A DNA stretch of 64,000 nucleotides from Klebsormidium nitens (Eukaryota > Plantae > Klebsormidiophyceae): positions 36,656 to 100,655 of the forward strand of contig DF237287.1 of the NCBI GenBank assembly GCA_000708835.1, in the 5' to 3' direction. The notes under the pieces are model-generated. The model was not told the origin of the DNA and did not search any database. It saw only the letters and a list, made by a program, of their open reading frames with translations. The translations under genes were made by a program, and so were the position numbers. The stretch's first letter is position 1; every line of letters begins with the position of its first letter. Positions 1-12,500 of the stretch are shown piece by piece.

Positions 1-2740
1 CCGCAGCGCGCTCCGCTGCGTCGCGCACGCGCATCGTCGCCCCGCCGGAAGAGGCCGCTGACGTCATCGAAGCCGGCGCGGGGCACCTCGAAGCGCTTGT
101 ACTTGAAGCCGACCTGGGACTCGCTCTGGAGCGGATCACGGCGGCGGAGCGTGCTGATGTGGCGGCCCCGGCGGACACGTGGCAGCGGCATTTCGAGGCG
201 GAGGTCGAGGGGTGGCGCGGGGTGGAGACGTACCGGGGGGAAAGGGATGCGAGGCCGTTCCAGCTGATGCAACTGCCTCGCAACTACCACGAGCTGTTTC
301 AGAGGTGGGTGACGGTATGACTGGCGTCGGCCGAAAAACGCGCTTTGGGAGGGAGTGAGGGTAGAGTTTTCTCGCTTGGCAAGGTGACGTGGTCAAAAGC
401 GAAACTATACGGCCGTGAATCGGACATCATCATTCGTAGGGACTTCGTACTGCCAGCACACCGCGTGGTTTGATGAAATTTTTGACCTCTTTCAGCGACT
501 GTTCTGTTATCACTTTCATCCAAAGCGCTTATGCTTCGAATCTGACAACAGGAACGAGGAACCTGTTGAGAACGAGCAATCTTCTATTTTGCAGCAACTG
601 CCTGGGTTTGGTCCTCTCGTCCAGCATATTCCTTGAGCTTCAGTATCGAAGTTTGAATCAACTTAAGCCGCGAGGACCTTAAGGTCTTGCTTTCGTAGAG
701 GGCCGAGGGGGGCCTCGTCTGATTACCGTTGGGTCTTCAATTGGGGTCACCGTTCGTTCCAGGCACGTCTCTTCCACAAAAATAATCAGAGCCGAGTCCT
801 CACTTGCCCGTCGTCAACTTCGACCCGGTCAACGATCGCGCAATGAAGATTCCCACACTTTCTTCGCACCGACTAAGAAACTCGAGAATCGACAGCCGGC
901 TACACTACGCCGTCTATCAGCCCGTGCTGCGTAGTCCTTCCGCCCGACGGCCGTAAATAGGAAGCACTTCCAACGTTCAAACTGTTCTGGCTTCCCATCT
1001 TCGTCCCACTTCTTCGCAGGTATGTCAAGGCCAAGTGTCGACTCTGCAAGACGGTCCCGGTGCAACCCGTCCTTTGCCTCGTGTGCGGCGCCTTCCTCTG
1101 CGGCCACTCCCGCAAGGCCTGCTGCAGGTGAGATAGCGTGACGCGCGCTGGAACTCGCTTACAACAGCTGTGACATCACTTCGTTCTTCCTTTCGTTTTC
1201 GCGCGAGGTCTGCCTGCGCTGTCGGGAGGGATCAGTGACTGCCTCGGCGCTCGAGTTTGTTGAGCGAATTTAAGATGTGACCGGCTTTGTAATTGGGGGT
1301 CTTTTGCCGCCATGGATTGCGGCGATCTAAACCTCGTCGCAAGGCTGCGTAGAGAGCTCCTGCTGCGCTTGAGGTAGGAGCTGTAAGCTCCTGAGGGTGC
1401 GTTTAATACCTAGACACAGCTGTCGCTTCGTGGATCGTATTGACAATTCCGTCCTCCCACTTTCATCCGCTCCCGAAAAGAGAAGGACAGGCGCTCAGAT
1501 GAAAGTAACCTCTCTCTCTCTCTCGGCGACAGTATTCTCTATGAAGCAAAGCTTCCTATTTCTATACGAGTTCACGAGAGCTTAGACTTTGCTTCAGCAC
1601 CCGCCGAGGTGCTCTCCGTCAAACCTGGTAACGGTCCTCTGCCTTGCAGTGTCAAACAAGGCACTTTGCTTCTGAGGGCGCCCTCTTGACACCACGTCTG
1701 TTTCTGCAGAGTGGACAACCGCGGGGAGTGCTACCGCCACGCCTCCGAGTGCGGGGTTGGTGTCGGCGTCTTCCTTTTCCTGCGCCGGACGACCATTACG
1801 CTGCTGAGGAACGGTCGCCAAACCGTCTGGCTCTCGCCATACCTAGATGCACATGGCGAGGAGGTACGCTCTTATCTCATCCTAGTTCTGCCCTCTCGTA
1901 GCAAATAACTGTGTTTCAGGGACCTCTCCTTTTTTCTCCCTTGTTTCGATCCTTCTCAGGAACACACCTCCTCCCTCTTGATTTTACTCCCCTGTTCGGT
2001 GAGTTGCCCACGATCCCAATTACCTCCCAAAGTGAAATGCGGAGCATGTGCGCCAAAGCTGGTTACCCAATATATACTTTGCGTGTGCATCATTGCTGCA
2101 TCGGATGCGTCAACCCTGAAAGAGCTATCTACATCCGAACGAGCGGTCGAGATCGATCGCTATGAACTGTGTGTGGCCTTAGTATCTGGCGCGATCTTGA
2201 GTATCAATGCAGACGCCTTCAACAGTAGGTTACAGATGCCAAGGCGACGGAGCAGCGCATGAACTTGTACTCATAGCCAAGCTTTCCATGACATATTGAA
2301 TACTTTAAAAAGCGCGAAAAGACCGGAGAAGGTGAAAGTTGCCTCTTGGAAACAAACTTCAACGCCGAGGTTTGATTGTTGAGAGCTCTTGCGGTCATCT
2401 TCCACTCTTGGACCAACTCAATGTTCTTTGAACACCTGAGATACGCGGGCCCAAAGTTGCACACCCGCCCAGGTTGTCAACCTTGTTTTTCAACGGTGAA
2501 CTCCTGTCTGGTCAAAATGTTATTGCTGATTCTCATGAAATTCTGGAAAAACGTATTCGAGTTTTCTCTCATGTCCGCGCAATGCCACCGCAGGATATCG
2601 ACCTAAGACGCGGCAAGCCCTTGTTCCTAAGTGAGGAGCGCTACAACGCACTGACGGAAATGGTGGCATCCATGGGGATGGATCACGACTCTCAGGTTCT
2701 TGCTCGGACTGTAAGAAGGCTCCCACAGGCCATTGAGTAG
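1..2740 (+). CDS. PRT6: 3' part of N-degron E3 ubiquitin ligase PRT6/UBR1-type (C-terminal domain); 5' end lies outside the window
   Basis: Exons 1-304, 1020-1127, 1710-1863, 2594-2740 join in frame via GT-AG introns: PFQLMQLPRNYHELFQR-YVKAKCRLCKTVPVQPVLCLVCG...ECGVGVGVFLFLRRTTITLLRNGRQTVWLSPYLDAHGEE-DIDLRRGKPLFLSEERY, the recognisable UBR/PRT6 C-terminus. Confidence 0.92.
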
Positions 2741-4014
2741 AGCAAGTATCTGCTTGGTAGACTGCGGACTTGGGGAAGATCAGGATAGCATTATCTGAGA
2801 ATCAGCGTTTCTGAGCTGGTAGGTGAACAGATATATAGGAGTGCTTGTAAGCCGGCCACACAAGTACACACGAGTGTGGTAAAGTTTGTACATATTATCA
2901 AAGTACGTGCACTCCTCCTGAACCGTGTCAAGGTTCTACAATCAGACCTTTCAAGAATGCTGTGGATAGGACACAGTGTATCGTACACTAGAAGCACTTA
3001 GGCACGCGGTCTCCCGGCAAAATAGTACGGTTCCTTGACCCAATAATGTATATGTACGTTGCAAAGAAACGTAATATGACACACGTACATGTGCAATTAT
3101 AACAGTCGTCGGACGTTCGTGTATGATCGTTGCGTTATAACCACAGTGTAAGTATAGAGATCTATAAATCTTTGCATGCCAGCGCGCGAGCCGGCGGCCG
3201 CCCGCCCCGGGGCTTAGAGTATTGCGCCATTGCATGTCAGCATCATGGCGCATCCGGGTCAATTGCAATGCCAGACTGAGCTAGCTTATAATTACATAGT
3301 TGATGTGCGGCTTGTCACTATAGCTCACTCAGTGCCGGCCAGTGAGTACTGCACAGAAGCGGCTGGGCCGCCTGCATTCTATAGCACCGTCGCTATAATT
3401 GATGAGCCATGCACTCAGCTCTTAAATGTACTCAGTGAGAATCTACAGCTTATAAGCTGGTCGATCACATTTTGTCACATACTCACAGTACGCCGGACTC
3501 GTCTATCTATTGACGCGGAATCTATCTATTGACGGTCGCCGAGTCGAGAGCTGCCCATGCGCCGATATTTCAAACAGCTAGATGGGGCCGCGCGTGATTA
3601 CGCGATGGCAACTATATTGTCACATGCAGCATGACACACATCCGGCATGTACTAGAGCACTCGGTGAAGCAGAGCAGCCTCGTGGAGCACAAGGAAGTGC
3701 AACTAGGATCTGTCGAACTACTGCTTGGACTGCAACTCAATCATCTTACAAGGACGGGGCGATCGTTTCGCCGGTGCACACAAGGAATGATTAAACCGAA
3801 CAGAGTCGATTCAAGGACGCTAGATTGATGTCGACAAGGTGAACCTTCTGGCCGACAATCCGATCAGACGTTGCAGTTGAGATGTCACAAGGGTCAGAGC
3901 AAATGCAGATTAGAGTCAACTCCTGTCTCAACGACATGATCAATCGAGGTCAGCGACCGCTTGTACCGTTCAATGGGCACCTGTCCCAACACCGCGAGCT
4001 GTTTCCAGCCCCTG

Positions 4015-6689
4015 CTATGAATCTTGCAAAAAGAGTCTAGTGCACTGTTCTCTTGTGTCAGCAGGGCTGGTTACTGCAAGGCGTGAAGAAGACAGCGAAG
4101 TCAACCCCTGCCTGATGTTCAGACAGAAAGCTCAACACCTCTGCATCAAGGACAGAAGGCAGCGCAAATTCCTTAGCGGTTGGTGACATGCTCGAGGTTT
4201 TCAGCATACAATAAACGTTGAATCTAAAGATGCATACCTGTGTGGCCGTCAGTCTTTTCGGAGGAGAAGATCTCGTAGTCATTGCCTCCCTGCCACAAGA
4301 ACGTTTGCAAAATTTTAAGGCTGTCATGTGAAGTCAGGAAAGCCTTCCGAAGCGCGCGGACTTCAAGTGACAAGAAGAGCTCGCAAACGGATGAGGGAGT
4401 AATTGGACGATTCGGTCGGAGACACCCGTACAGAACAGAAACAGACTAAATTCCGCCTCTATTGCCTCACTGCAATACCTCTTTTGGTCCAGAGGAGAAT
4501 CATGACTGCATTAATCGAAGGTCCTCAGACGGAATCGACCAAGTGCCGGAATTCTTACCTTGTATGTTTTGTCGCCAAAGAAGTGAATCTCTTTGAACTC
4601 CTTCTCAACAAACTGCAGGCAGTAGGTCTTGTCCCAACCTTGAGGAAACACCTGCATAAGGATACACCCGACATAAAAAGGGGCAACTTCGGAAGCCTAG
4701 TGAAACAACCAAGTTGCTTCGACAAGACATCTGTGCTTTTACCGTACTAGTACAGCCAGTGAAAGAGAAACTCACGTCAAAGCTGATCTGGCCTCCAATC
4801 GAGTACGTCAAGTTCAGGTGGACAAACTTCTCCCGCAGGATGTCAACCAGCTTAGCTCTCACGTTGTGCACCTGGAACAAAAGAAAACCAGCTGAGTTTA
4901 GAAACTGTTGCAGTCACCCACTGTGATTGTGTTCGTTCAGATCAACAGTTTGAAGCTTCATGCTTCGTTGATTGTGGTCCACAAAAATGCCAACAACTGA
5001 TATGGATGAATCTGAAGAGGAATCCTGTTTATTACTATTTGGAGGTGCAAGTTCAAAGGCCTTTCGTACTGGGGCTTTGCTTGGGACCTTATACCAACTG
5101 GAGCAGATGTGTATATGAGCAATCTCAGCTTGTCTCTTTGAGTGCACCGTATCAACCGACCTTGTCATACTTCTCAAAGTCGTCGCGCTCCTCTTGGCTG
5201 CAGTTGCGTCCAATCGGTGAGACATTTATCATACCAGTGCGGAACTCAATGAATGTTCCCCTGCACAGAAGGAGGGCACAGATTAACGTCTGGATGATGA
5301 ATCATTGGAATAATTTTGCTTGACTGCACAAGACTCTGAGTAGGATTGAGGATCGTGGAGCCAGCTCATTTGGAACAGCATCAGCTGAGCATGAGTTGAG
5401 CTCTCATGTACCTCACCTCTTGATAGGGATGTCCAGGTCAGCGATGTAGTGCAGCACAAAGTTGATGAATTCCTGCAAAGACGAGTTTGCTAGTCTTTGC
5501 GGTTTGCATCGGTCACATTGCCTGAGACACTCACAAGAGACTTACCAGACACTTGTCTTGTAATCAACAGGTAGGGCTGAAAGGTTGGGTGCCTTGAAAC
5601 CGCTGAGCCTGAACTACCAGACCTAATGCGAAGCTGCAAATCTGGTTTCACTCTGCACAGTTGTTGCAAGTTGCAAAAACTTTACACAGCTCAAAGTCCA
5701 TTTTGATCCTAAGCGCTTACCTTCAACTTGTCGTCTCCCAAGTGCTTCTTGAGACTCTGCATACAGAATTGACGTCAGGAGGGGTGATAATGCGAGCGGG
5801 ACTTACACATATAGCTCAGTGGACAGGATGGACATAAAGGCTTGCTGTAGCCTTGATTGATGCATTTTTGAGTGTCATCAGAGCAACTTGTGCTTGCTGT
5901 CCTATGAACGACGAGTCTCACCATCTCCGCAAACTTGGTCCCATCCTTGAACGCCACCAGTCCATTTTCAGCAAAGACGTAGTCAAAGTCCGTCAAGGCT
6001 GTAATTGAGGAAGAAATCAGGAATGTGAGGTGACAGACAAAGGATCAGTTGGCCGATAAGAAGCTTCTCGTTACGCTCCAAATTAAAGTGTCAGCAGACA
6101 TAGACAGGATGCAACGAAGGGAACGGTTGAAGTGAAGTGACTGTGAAGTGACTTACTTGTTCTGCCAAGCTGCTCGCTGATCTTGACCAAGTCTGATCCT
6201 CCCACAACACCAACGGTGACATGCTGGTCACAGAACGGCACTTGGATTAGATGCTCCACACAATGTCCTACTAGAAGGCACATGCTCAACATGGCCGACA
6301 GGCTGTGGCAGATTTGTGCATCGCAGTGGTATAGCAGCCAGCTTAAAGGGATGCCTCAACTCAGAAGACTGTCCAATGAATGCTGAGCTATTTGACAATC
6401 ATCCGAATTTGGCTTGTCAAGTCCCCACCTTGCGCAGCTCCTTGATGAAGTCAAGCGTCTCAACAGAAGCAACCTGGGGAGAAGGTTTGCAGGAGTCAGA
6501 AAAAGTACTAGAGATCTATCATCAGCGGGATAAATTCAGCATTCCTTCCTTCTTTCCTCAAAGAGGATTGCAAAGCGAAGCTGATGAATCTCGAATGACT
6601 TGCAAATGAGACAACAACCTCACCTTCCTTGGATCTGTCAAGGTGCCATCAACATCAAATAAGGCCAACACACCCTCCTTTTTCACCAT
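4015..6689 (-). CDS. PMM: Phosphomannomutase (eukaryotic PMM/SEC53, HAD family), multi-exon
   Basis: Starts [22 protein letters not shown] (HAD DxDxT). Later exons give [57 protein letters not shown]; ends [18 protein letters not shown] (stop 4015-4017). Confidence 0.95.
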
Positions 6690-7105
6690 GGTGAAAGCGT
6701 TGTGGAGAAAGGAAGGAAGTGGCAGAGCTCTGTCAAACGTCGGTGAAGCTTATTGAGATCGAATCAGCGAGGCTGCTCAGATCGTGCTAAGTAAGCAGGA
6801 ATCTTGAAGGCTCTGATAGCATTCGACAGCGCCTGACGCATCAGGCTCGTGAGAAGACGGCTGGAAGGAACGAAAGTGACTTTGCAATGCGAAATGGCCG
6901 GAAGGGAGGGGGAATTCTTCGGCTTCAAGTTTCAACCCTGCCAGCTAGTGCGAGAAACAAACTAGCTGCGGCTGAGGTCGCGATCGGGATCAGGGCCTTT
7001 TGTAAAAGGATGTGAAGGGTTGCAATCCAGTAGACGTCTCACTTTAATTCTGAACGGTCTCGATCTCCCGTGATCGACTTCAATCAAGGATGAATCAAAT
7101 CGAAG

Positions 7106-7142
7106 GTTCAAGTTTCAAGTTTCAAGTTTCAAGTTTCAAGTT
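7106..7142. repeat. Heptamer tandem repeat (TTTCAAG/AAGTTTC) x about 5
   Basis: Read directly: ttcaagtttcaagtttcaagtttcaagtttcaagtt; two more units at about 53951-53965. Confidence 0.85.
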
Positions 7143-7150
7143 GGAACGAC

Positions 7151-7507
7151 GTAGGTATGTAACTTCACTAGTTTCAACTGCGACGTCATCATAGTTAAGG
7201 GCCTGCCAAACCTAAAACCCTAAGGTCAAACTGAGAGCAGGAACCGGGTTTTGACGATACCCTAAGGCGTTCCGCCATAGCCCGCCCGTACCCACCCTAA
7301 CCCCCCAACTAACCCTACCAAGATCAGTCGGTTGCCCTCTAGTAACCCTAACATCCCCCGAGCACTCCGTCACCCTGCAATCGAGTGCCTGCACGGTACC
7401 GACCATTTTCGACACGGTAGCGTACCGCCGCATTGTTCACCGTAGGTACCGGTGATGTCATGCCTACGTCTACGTTGCAGTTGAAAATAGTGAAATTACA
7501 TACCTAC
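7151..7507. mobile_element. Putative non-autonomous TIR element (MITE), about 357 bp, upstream of PMM
   Basis: 7151-7186 (gtaggtatgtaacttcactagtttcaactgcgacgt) is the inverted complement of 7472-7507 at 33/36 positions. Can be read as a TA duplication flanking GGTATG...CATACC; interior has CCCTAA-type motifs and no coding content. Confidence 0.65.
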
Positions 7508-7586
7508 TCTACTAGTACTGGTTGGAACAGTACGTTCAGATGTCTACAGGACCAGAAACTTGAAAGGACGCTCTGGTAGGTAGCTC

Positions 7587-9398
7587 ATGCTCATGCTCAT
7601 GCTTGATTGTCAAGAACTTGAAGCTCCTGACAGTGAGATCAGATTTCTGAACGCTACTCCGCTGGAAGCAATGCCCAGTCAGGGACCAAACCACCCTCAT
7701 GGCCAACCCTGGCTGTCTGCACACATGGGCAAGCCACACAGGAAGGAGGCTGCAGCCAATACTGTAAAGAGTGAGCTGCTAAAACATCCGCCCCGTCAAG
7801 AGACGTTGCAACAAGAGCTGGAGAGGGAAGCCAGAGTCGAAGCGCACACGAATGAGCAGATTGCGAAGCTGGAAGATATAGTCAGCAACGAACGAAGAGA
7901 GAGGGTGAGAATGCATTTCAATTCTGTGAAGCACACAGATCAACTTCCATGGATGCTAAGTAGCAGGCAATTGACAGAGAATGTCTGCAGGCATTCATAA
8001 AGATACCATCCAAGTACACAGAATGGTGACCATCGGATGCTTGAGCCATCTGTATTATTTGTTATGCCCCTCATTCAGGACAATTCCTAAGTATGAGTGT
8101 CATGCTTCAAAAACTAATAGCTAGGCGAGCAATGTAGTTTCTCCAACAAAATATTAGCCCCTATGAAATCAACTTTAGCGTTCTGGTAGCTGTTGAACTG
8201 TCCAGCTGAGGGGGTTTCTCATCAGTCTCTAAAAGTTTGTTAAATGGCCCACCATTTGCCCCCAGGACCATCAGCTTCCCTTTACCATCGGCATTGAGAA
8301 TGTGTGCACCTTGTGCACTAGCTATCAGCGAAGAGTCTATTTGCTATTGAAAATGACATTGATGATTTACTCTGCAGGCTGATCGAAGGGCAAAATTGAA
8401 GGAAACTGGCCCAGTCCCTGCAATCAAACAGGCTCTTGCACGGGGTGAAAGTAAGTGAGGAGTTTAACTTGTACACCATGGAAGATTGATGCCAACCCAA
8501 AATACGAACACTGATTGAAGGTGGCTACACGCTGCGTGCTGGCTCCCGCAGCAATCCTGGAACGGCTGCGCAATAGTGACATGGTTAAACTGTACATATC
8601 AGGGTCCTTCTGCTTCAGTGGTCACGCTGCAGAGTAAGAAAACCTGTTGCAAGCCTTGTAGCTCCTCCAGACTCCATGTGTTTGAAGGTAGGAAGTAAGC
8701 TATTGACATCAGGCATTCGCCGCGTCAGCTGATGCCTGAAGAATACAGACAGAAGGACTGTGTACAATGTGTCATGTATAGTATCGGTCTTTTACGAGTT
8801 ACAAGAATCTGACTTGATCATATGAGGGCCCTTGGAGAAGATGTTTGCATAGTACGAACTCTCGAGCTGCGTTGAAGATCCGTGAATCATTCTGGTCATC
8901 TTGATGAACAATGACTAATACTAGGTATGGTCGGAGATCATGTCGCTTGGGACTGTCACTGTGCACCACATCATGACAATTGATATGGCGGGGCCGATCA
9001 GGCCCCTATATGAGGCGCATGCCGCCAGACTATCGATGATCCTGCATGTGTTTAAAGCAACGATCGATATGCTCAAGTTGAACCAAGCACGCGTGAAAGC
9101 ATTTGGCGCGTTCCATGGTCATGCTCAAAAATGGAAATCCGCAATAATGATCATGTGCACTCAAAGCACCGTCACGATATTGTGCGCATGGCCAGCACGT
9201 ATGGACTCATGTACACCTTCGCGATGTTCAATTCTAGATGGACCATGCAAAAAAGTAAAACATATACTATCTCTTCAAGACGTGGGCCCGATGCATTCCT
9301 ATGCAACAACATTGTTTCGTAACATAGCATCAACTGAGCTTGAACGGGGCTTGAACCGCGCTAAATTCTATCAGGACTGGATAGGAAGAGATTGCTGA
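7587..9398 (+). other. Unassigned degenerate coding-like region (possible transposon relic or pseudogene)
   Basis: 137-aa and 152-aa ORFs plus canonical-looking splice sites (e.g. 8378-8450) that do not join into an open frame; only a weak AFGAFHGHA motif. Confidence 0.25.
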
Positions 9399-9524
9399 GC
9401 AAATGATATAGTCAACTTAAGCAAGTTCCTCGAACGAGTATTGTCGTGAATGAGAGTCGGACATTGCGCCCGAGCCTCAGGGCCATCTAACAAAACTCAA
9501 TCAACATTGGTCTGCATGCCTAAG

Positions 9525-12500
9525 TTACTCTACTCTCGACTTTTTCGAAAAATTCGGGTTCTCGTGGGACTCGACGTCGCTACTTTTATCAGATGAGCAT
9601 TGCATATGCATTGTATCCTGTTGACTGTAGCCCACATCGTCAGGCAGAGTGAAACTAACGCAGAGCATTGTCTGCGATGCACAAGACGATACCGCGTCAG
9701 GCTTGCTATGATGCAGCAACTGTTGCTCTTAGCGAGCACAAAGAGATCAGACGGGAAAAGCAACCAGGTCTGCCGCGCAAGTTGTGCTGACGTCACGAGC
9801 GGGTCTGGATAGCGGATCTCAAAGGCCCCTAGTTTTTACTCCAGAGGCAGCCCATGACCGACCCTGCAACCACTACCGGTCCCATACCTTCTAGAGGACG
9901 AGAAACGGAAAACTGAAACGAGAACAGACCAGAAAATGTGTTCCTGGACTGGCTAGAGTCGCTGACACCATGAGTGACACAACTTCATGAAACAGAGCGA
10001 CGTTACGCTGAAGGACATCAGAAAGAGACAAGCGGTCTCACCTTATTCGGGGCCACATCACGAACGTTCCAAACGACTGGCTTAGGGATCGCCCCTCCCA
10101 ACGCCTCCTCAGCGCGCTGCAAGGATGGCACAGCAACTTTCAGGACGGGCTTGTTATAAAGTTGGAAGCTTCGTCATCGTTCCAAAAGCTGCTGTGGTGT
10201 CGCAACCGCCAAGGGGAAGGTGCAGTAGAGTCTCGGTGTGGTCGCGGGGAAATGGAGGCCGGTGTCGTCAGATAGTCAGAAAGCTCAGAAAGCGGAGTTT
10301 CATCTTTTTTGCAAAGCTTATGCAATCAACATTTCAAAAGGGACCCACTTTGAAGAGCCCTAGATCGTCTCGCACTCTCAATTGGCGGCTTTGAAAACAA
10401 AGAAGCGCACCACCTATCCAGGTTAGCGCCCGAGCACAGCCGCGAGCAGTGGCGAAAGACAGGTGGAGAAAGCAATAACGTACCCTGATGACGTCAGCGT
10501 CCGTTTCATCCGCCCTGGCGAAGCAGTAGCAGTGGATGCGCGGCAGGGGGAGGCGCCAGCTGGCGCGGTCGAACAGGCCGTTGAACACGTCTGCAAAGAG
10601 GCGTGGAAAGGAGCAGAAAACGATTAGTACCGCACCTTTCGGAAGACTTGGCCGCCTCGACCAACTTCGTGCTCTGCTGAGATTCGAATTCTGAGCCGTC
10701 CGATGGCGAGATTTGTCGGCATCGACGGCCCGAGTCTGCAACCGTCCAGATCAGGAGTGAACCTCCCAACTTCGGACAATCGAAGCTTCTTCTCCGGGGG
10801 TTTGCAAGCGAGAGGTTCAGTTGGCTGCACATTCGATCATTTTCTGACCGTTCAAGAACTCCGTGAGGTGAAGCGTTTTAGGATCAGATTAGAAGCTTGC
10901 AGCGCCCTTGCTGCCTGAAAAGCAACTGTAGAAGGACCACAGCAGTGTGAGGGCTTTTGTCCTTTCTTTCCGCTTCTTCGTTATCGCAGGAAAACGAACA
11001 CAAGGATCGGCGGCGGGGCTAACTATATGGACTGACAGACAGCAATCTCGCAGCCTCGTCAACAGCGTCCAGTCTCGCCGAGCTTATCAGTCACGAACCA
11101 CGATTTTGAGCACAGGAAATTTGCGAGTCCATCGAGCGGAAGTTTGCCCTTTCCACTCACCCAGAAACTCGATTCCCGACGCCGGCAGGTTCATGACCAC
11201 GTGGTCGATTTTCCGGGGCGTCTCCGGCACCGGCTCTTTGGGCGGCCGCACCGCCGCCGCCTTCCCGCCCTTTCCAACTTTTCCCCCGGGGGGCACGCTC
11301 CCGCTGCCACCTGATGCGTTTTGCCCCGCCCCTCCGGTGCTCGGAAGCACCCCCCCAGGCCCACTACTGCTCCCCACCTCCCGCGAAAGCCTGCTCGCGG
11401 TGCCAGCTTCAAGTGTTCCGTTTGGACCTTCCCCGGAGGTTCGAGATTCCGTTCCCCCAGCCGGAAACCCCTGCGCCCGCTCCGTGGTTGTTTCTGTTGC
11501 GGAAGCGGGCCCCACATTGTCTTGTCGGTAAGTGGCAAGCCCCAACCCTTGGTCCGAAATTTGCTGCCCTGCTTGACTGCTCTCGGCGGCACTTGCCTGA
11601 CTATTGAACTTCTGACCATCTACAGGGGGGCTGTTTGACGGCGGGTGGAGGGGAGGTGGCTGAGACTCCGCCGGACGGACGAGCGACCGGACAAATTCGC
11701 GGGCGTCCAAAGTGGAGACGCGGATACGGTGTGCGACCTACAAGCAGAAACGGAGCTTTTCGGGGCCGGCACTGGGGCACGCCTCGCATCAGCACCCCAT
11801 CCTGATCGCAACTCCTAGCCTTTAGAGGAGCGCTATTGCGGGGGTATGAAACGGTAGGCACTCGTATCTCTAGTGCCTGTGAATCTCTCTAGTGCCGGTG
11901 AGTCACTTCCAGGAAAAAACTGTCTTTCAATAAGGGAGGCGGTGAGAAGATTGCTGAAACCGTAGGCACCGGTTTGCATGGAACTACCACGTTCAGCTCA
12001 TTCTTTGCCAGGCAGCGCAGCGATCGAAGTCACCACAGTCAAACGGCCGTCCTATTTTCTTCAACTCACGTCTTTTAACACGGTGTAGAACGACCCAAAA
12101 TGGTATCGAAGCAAGAGATGCCTTCTGTGCAGAGTCGCCTGACCTTGTTGAGCTTGGAGTTGATAGCGAGATAGTGGGTGCTCTGCGGGTTGAGGTCGTT
12201 GGCGTAAACGGCGCAGCCCTTGAGCGCCGCAGGGATGGCGAACGGCCCAATCCCGGCAAACATGTCGCCTGTAGATCAGGCGTCTTTGGCCGTTAAACCA
12301 TGGATGGTTAGGGGCTGGTCAAGAAGTGGTTGTATGTCCAATAAATAGACTTGGGCAATAAGCAGCCTTGGAGCAAGGTTAGACACTGGATATCCAACTA
12401 ATAAACTGAAATCAAGTCTGGTACACAGCCTGGTTAGCGGCCAATACGTCCTGTGAGAGGAGATGCAGATACTTATGCATCAAAATCGATTCTGTAAGGG

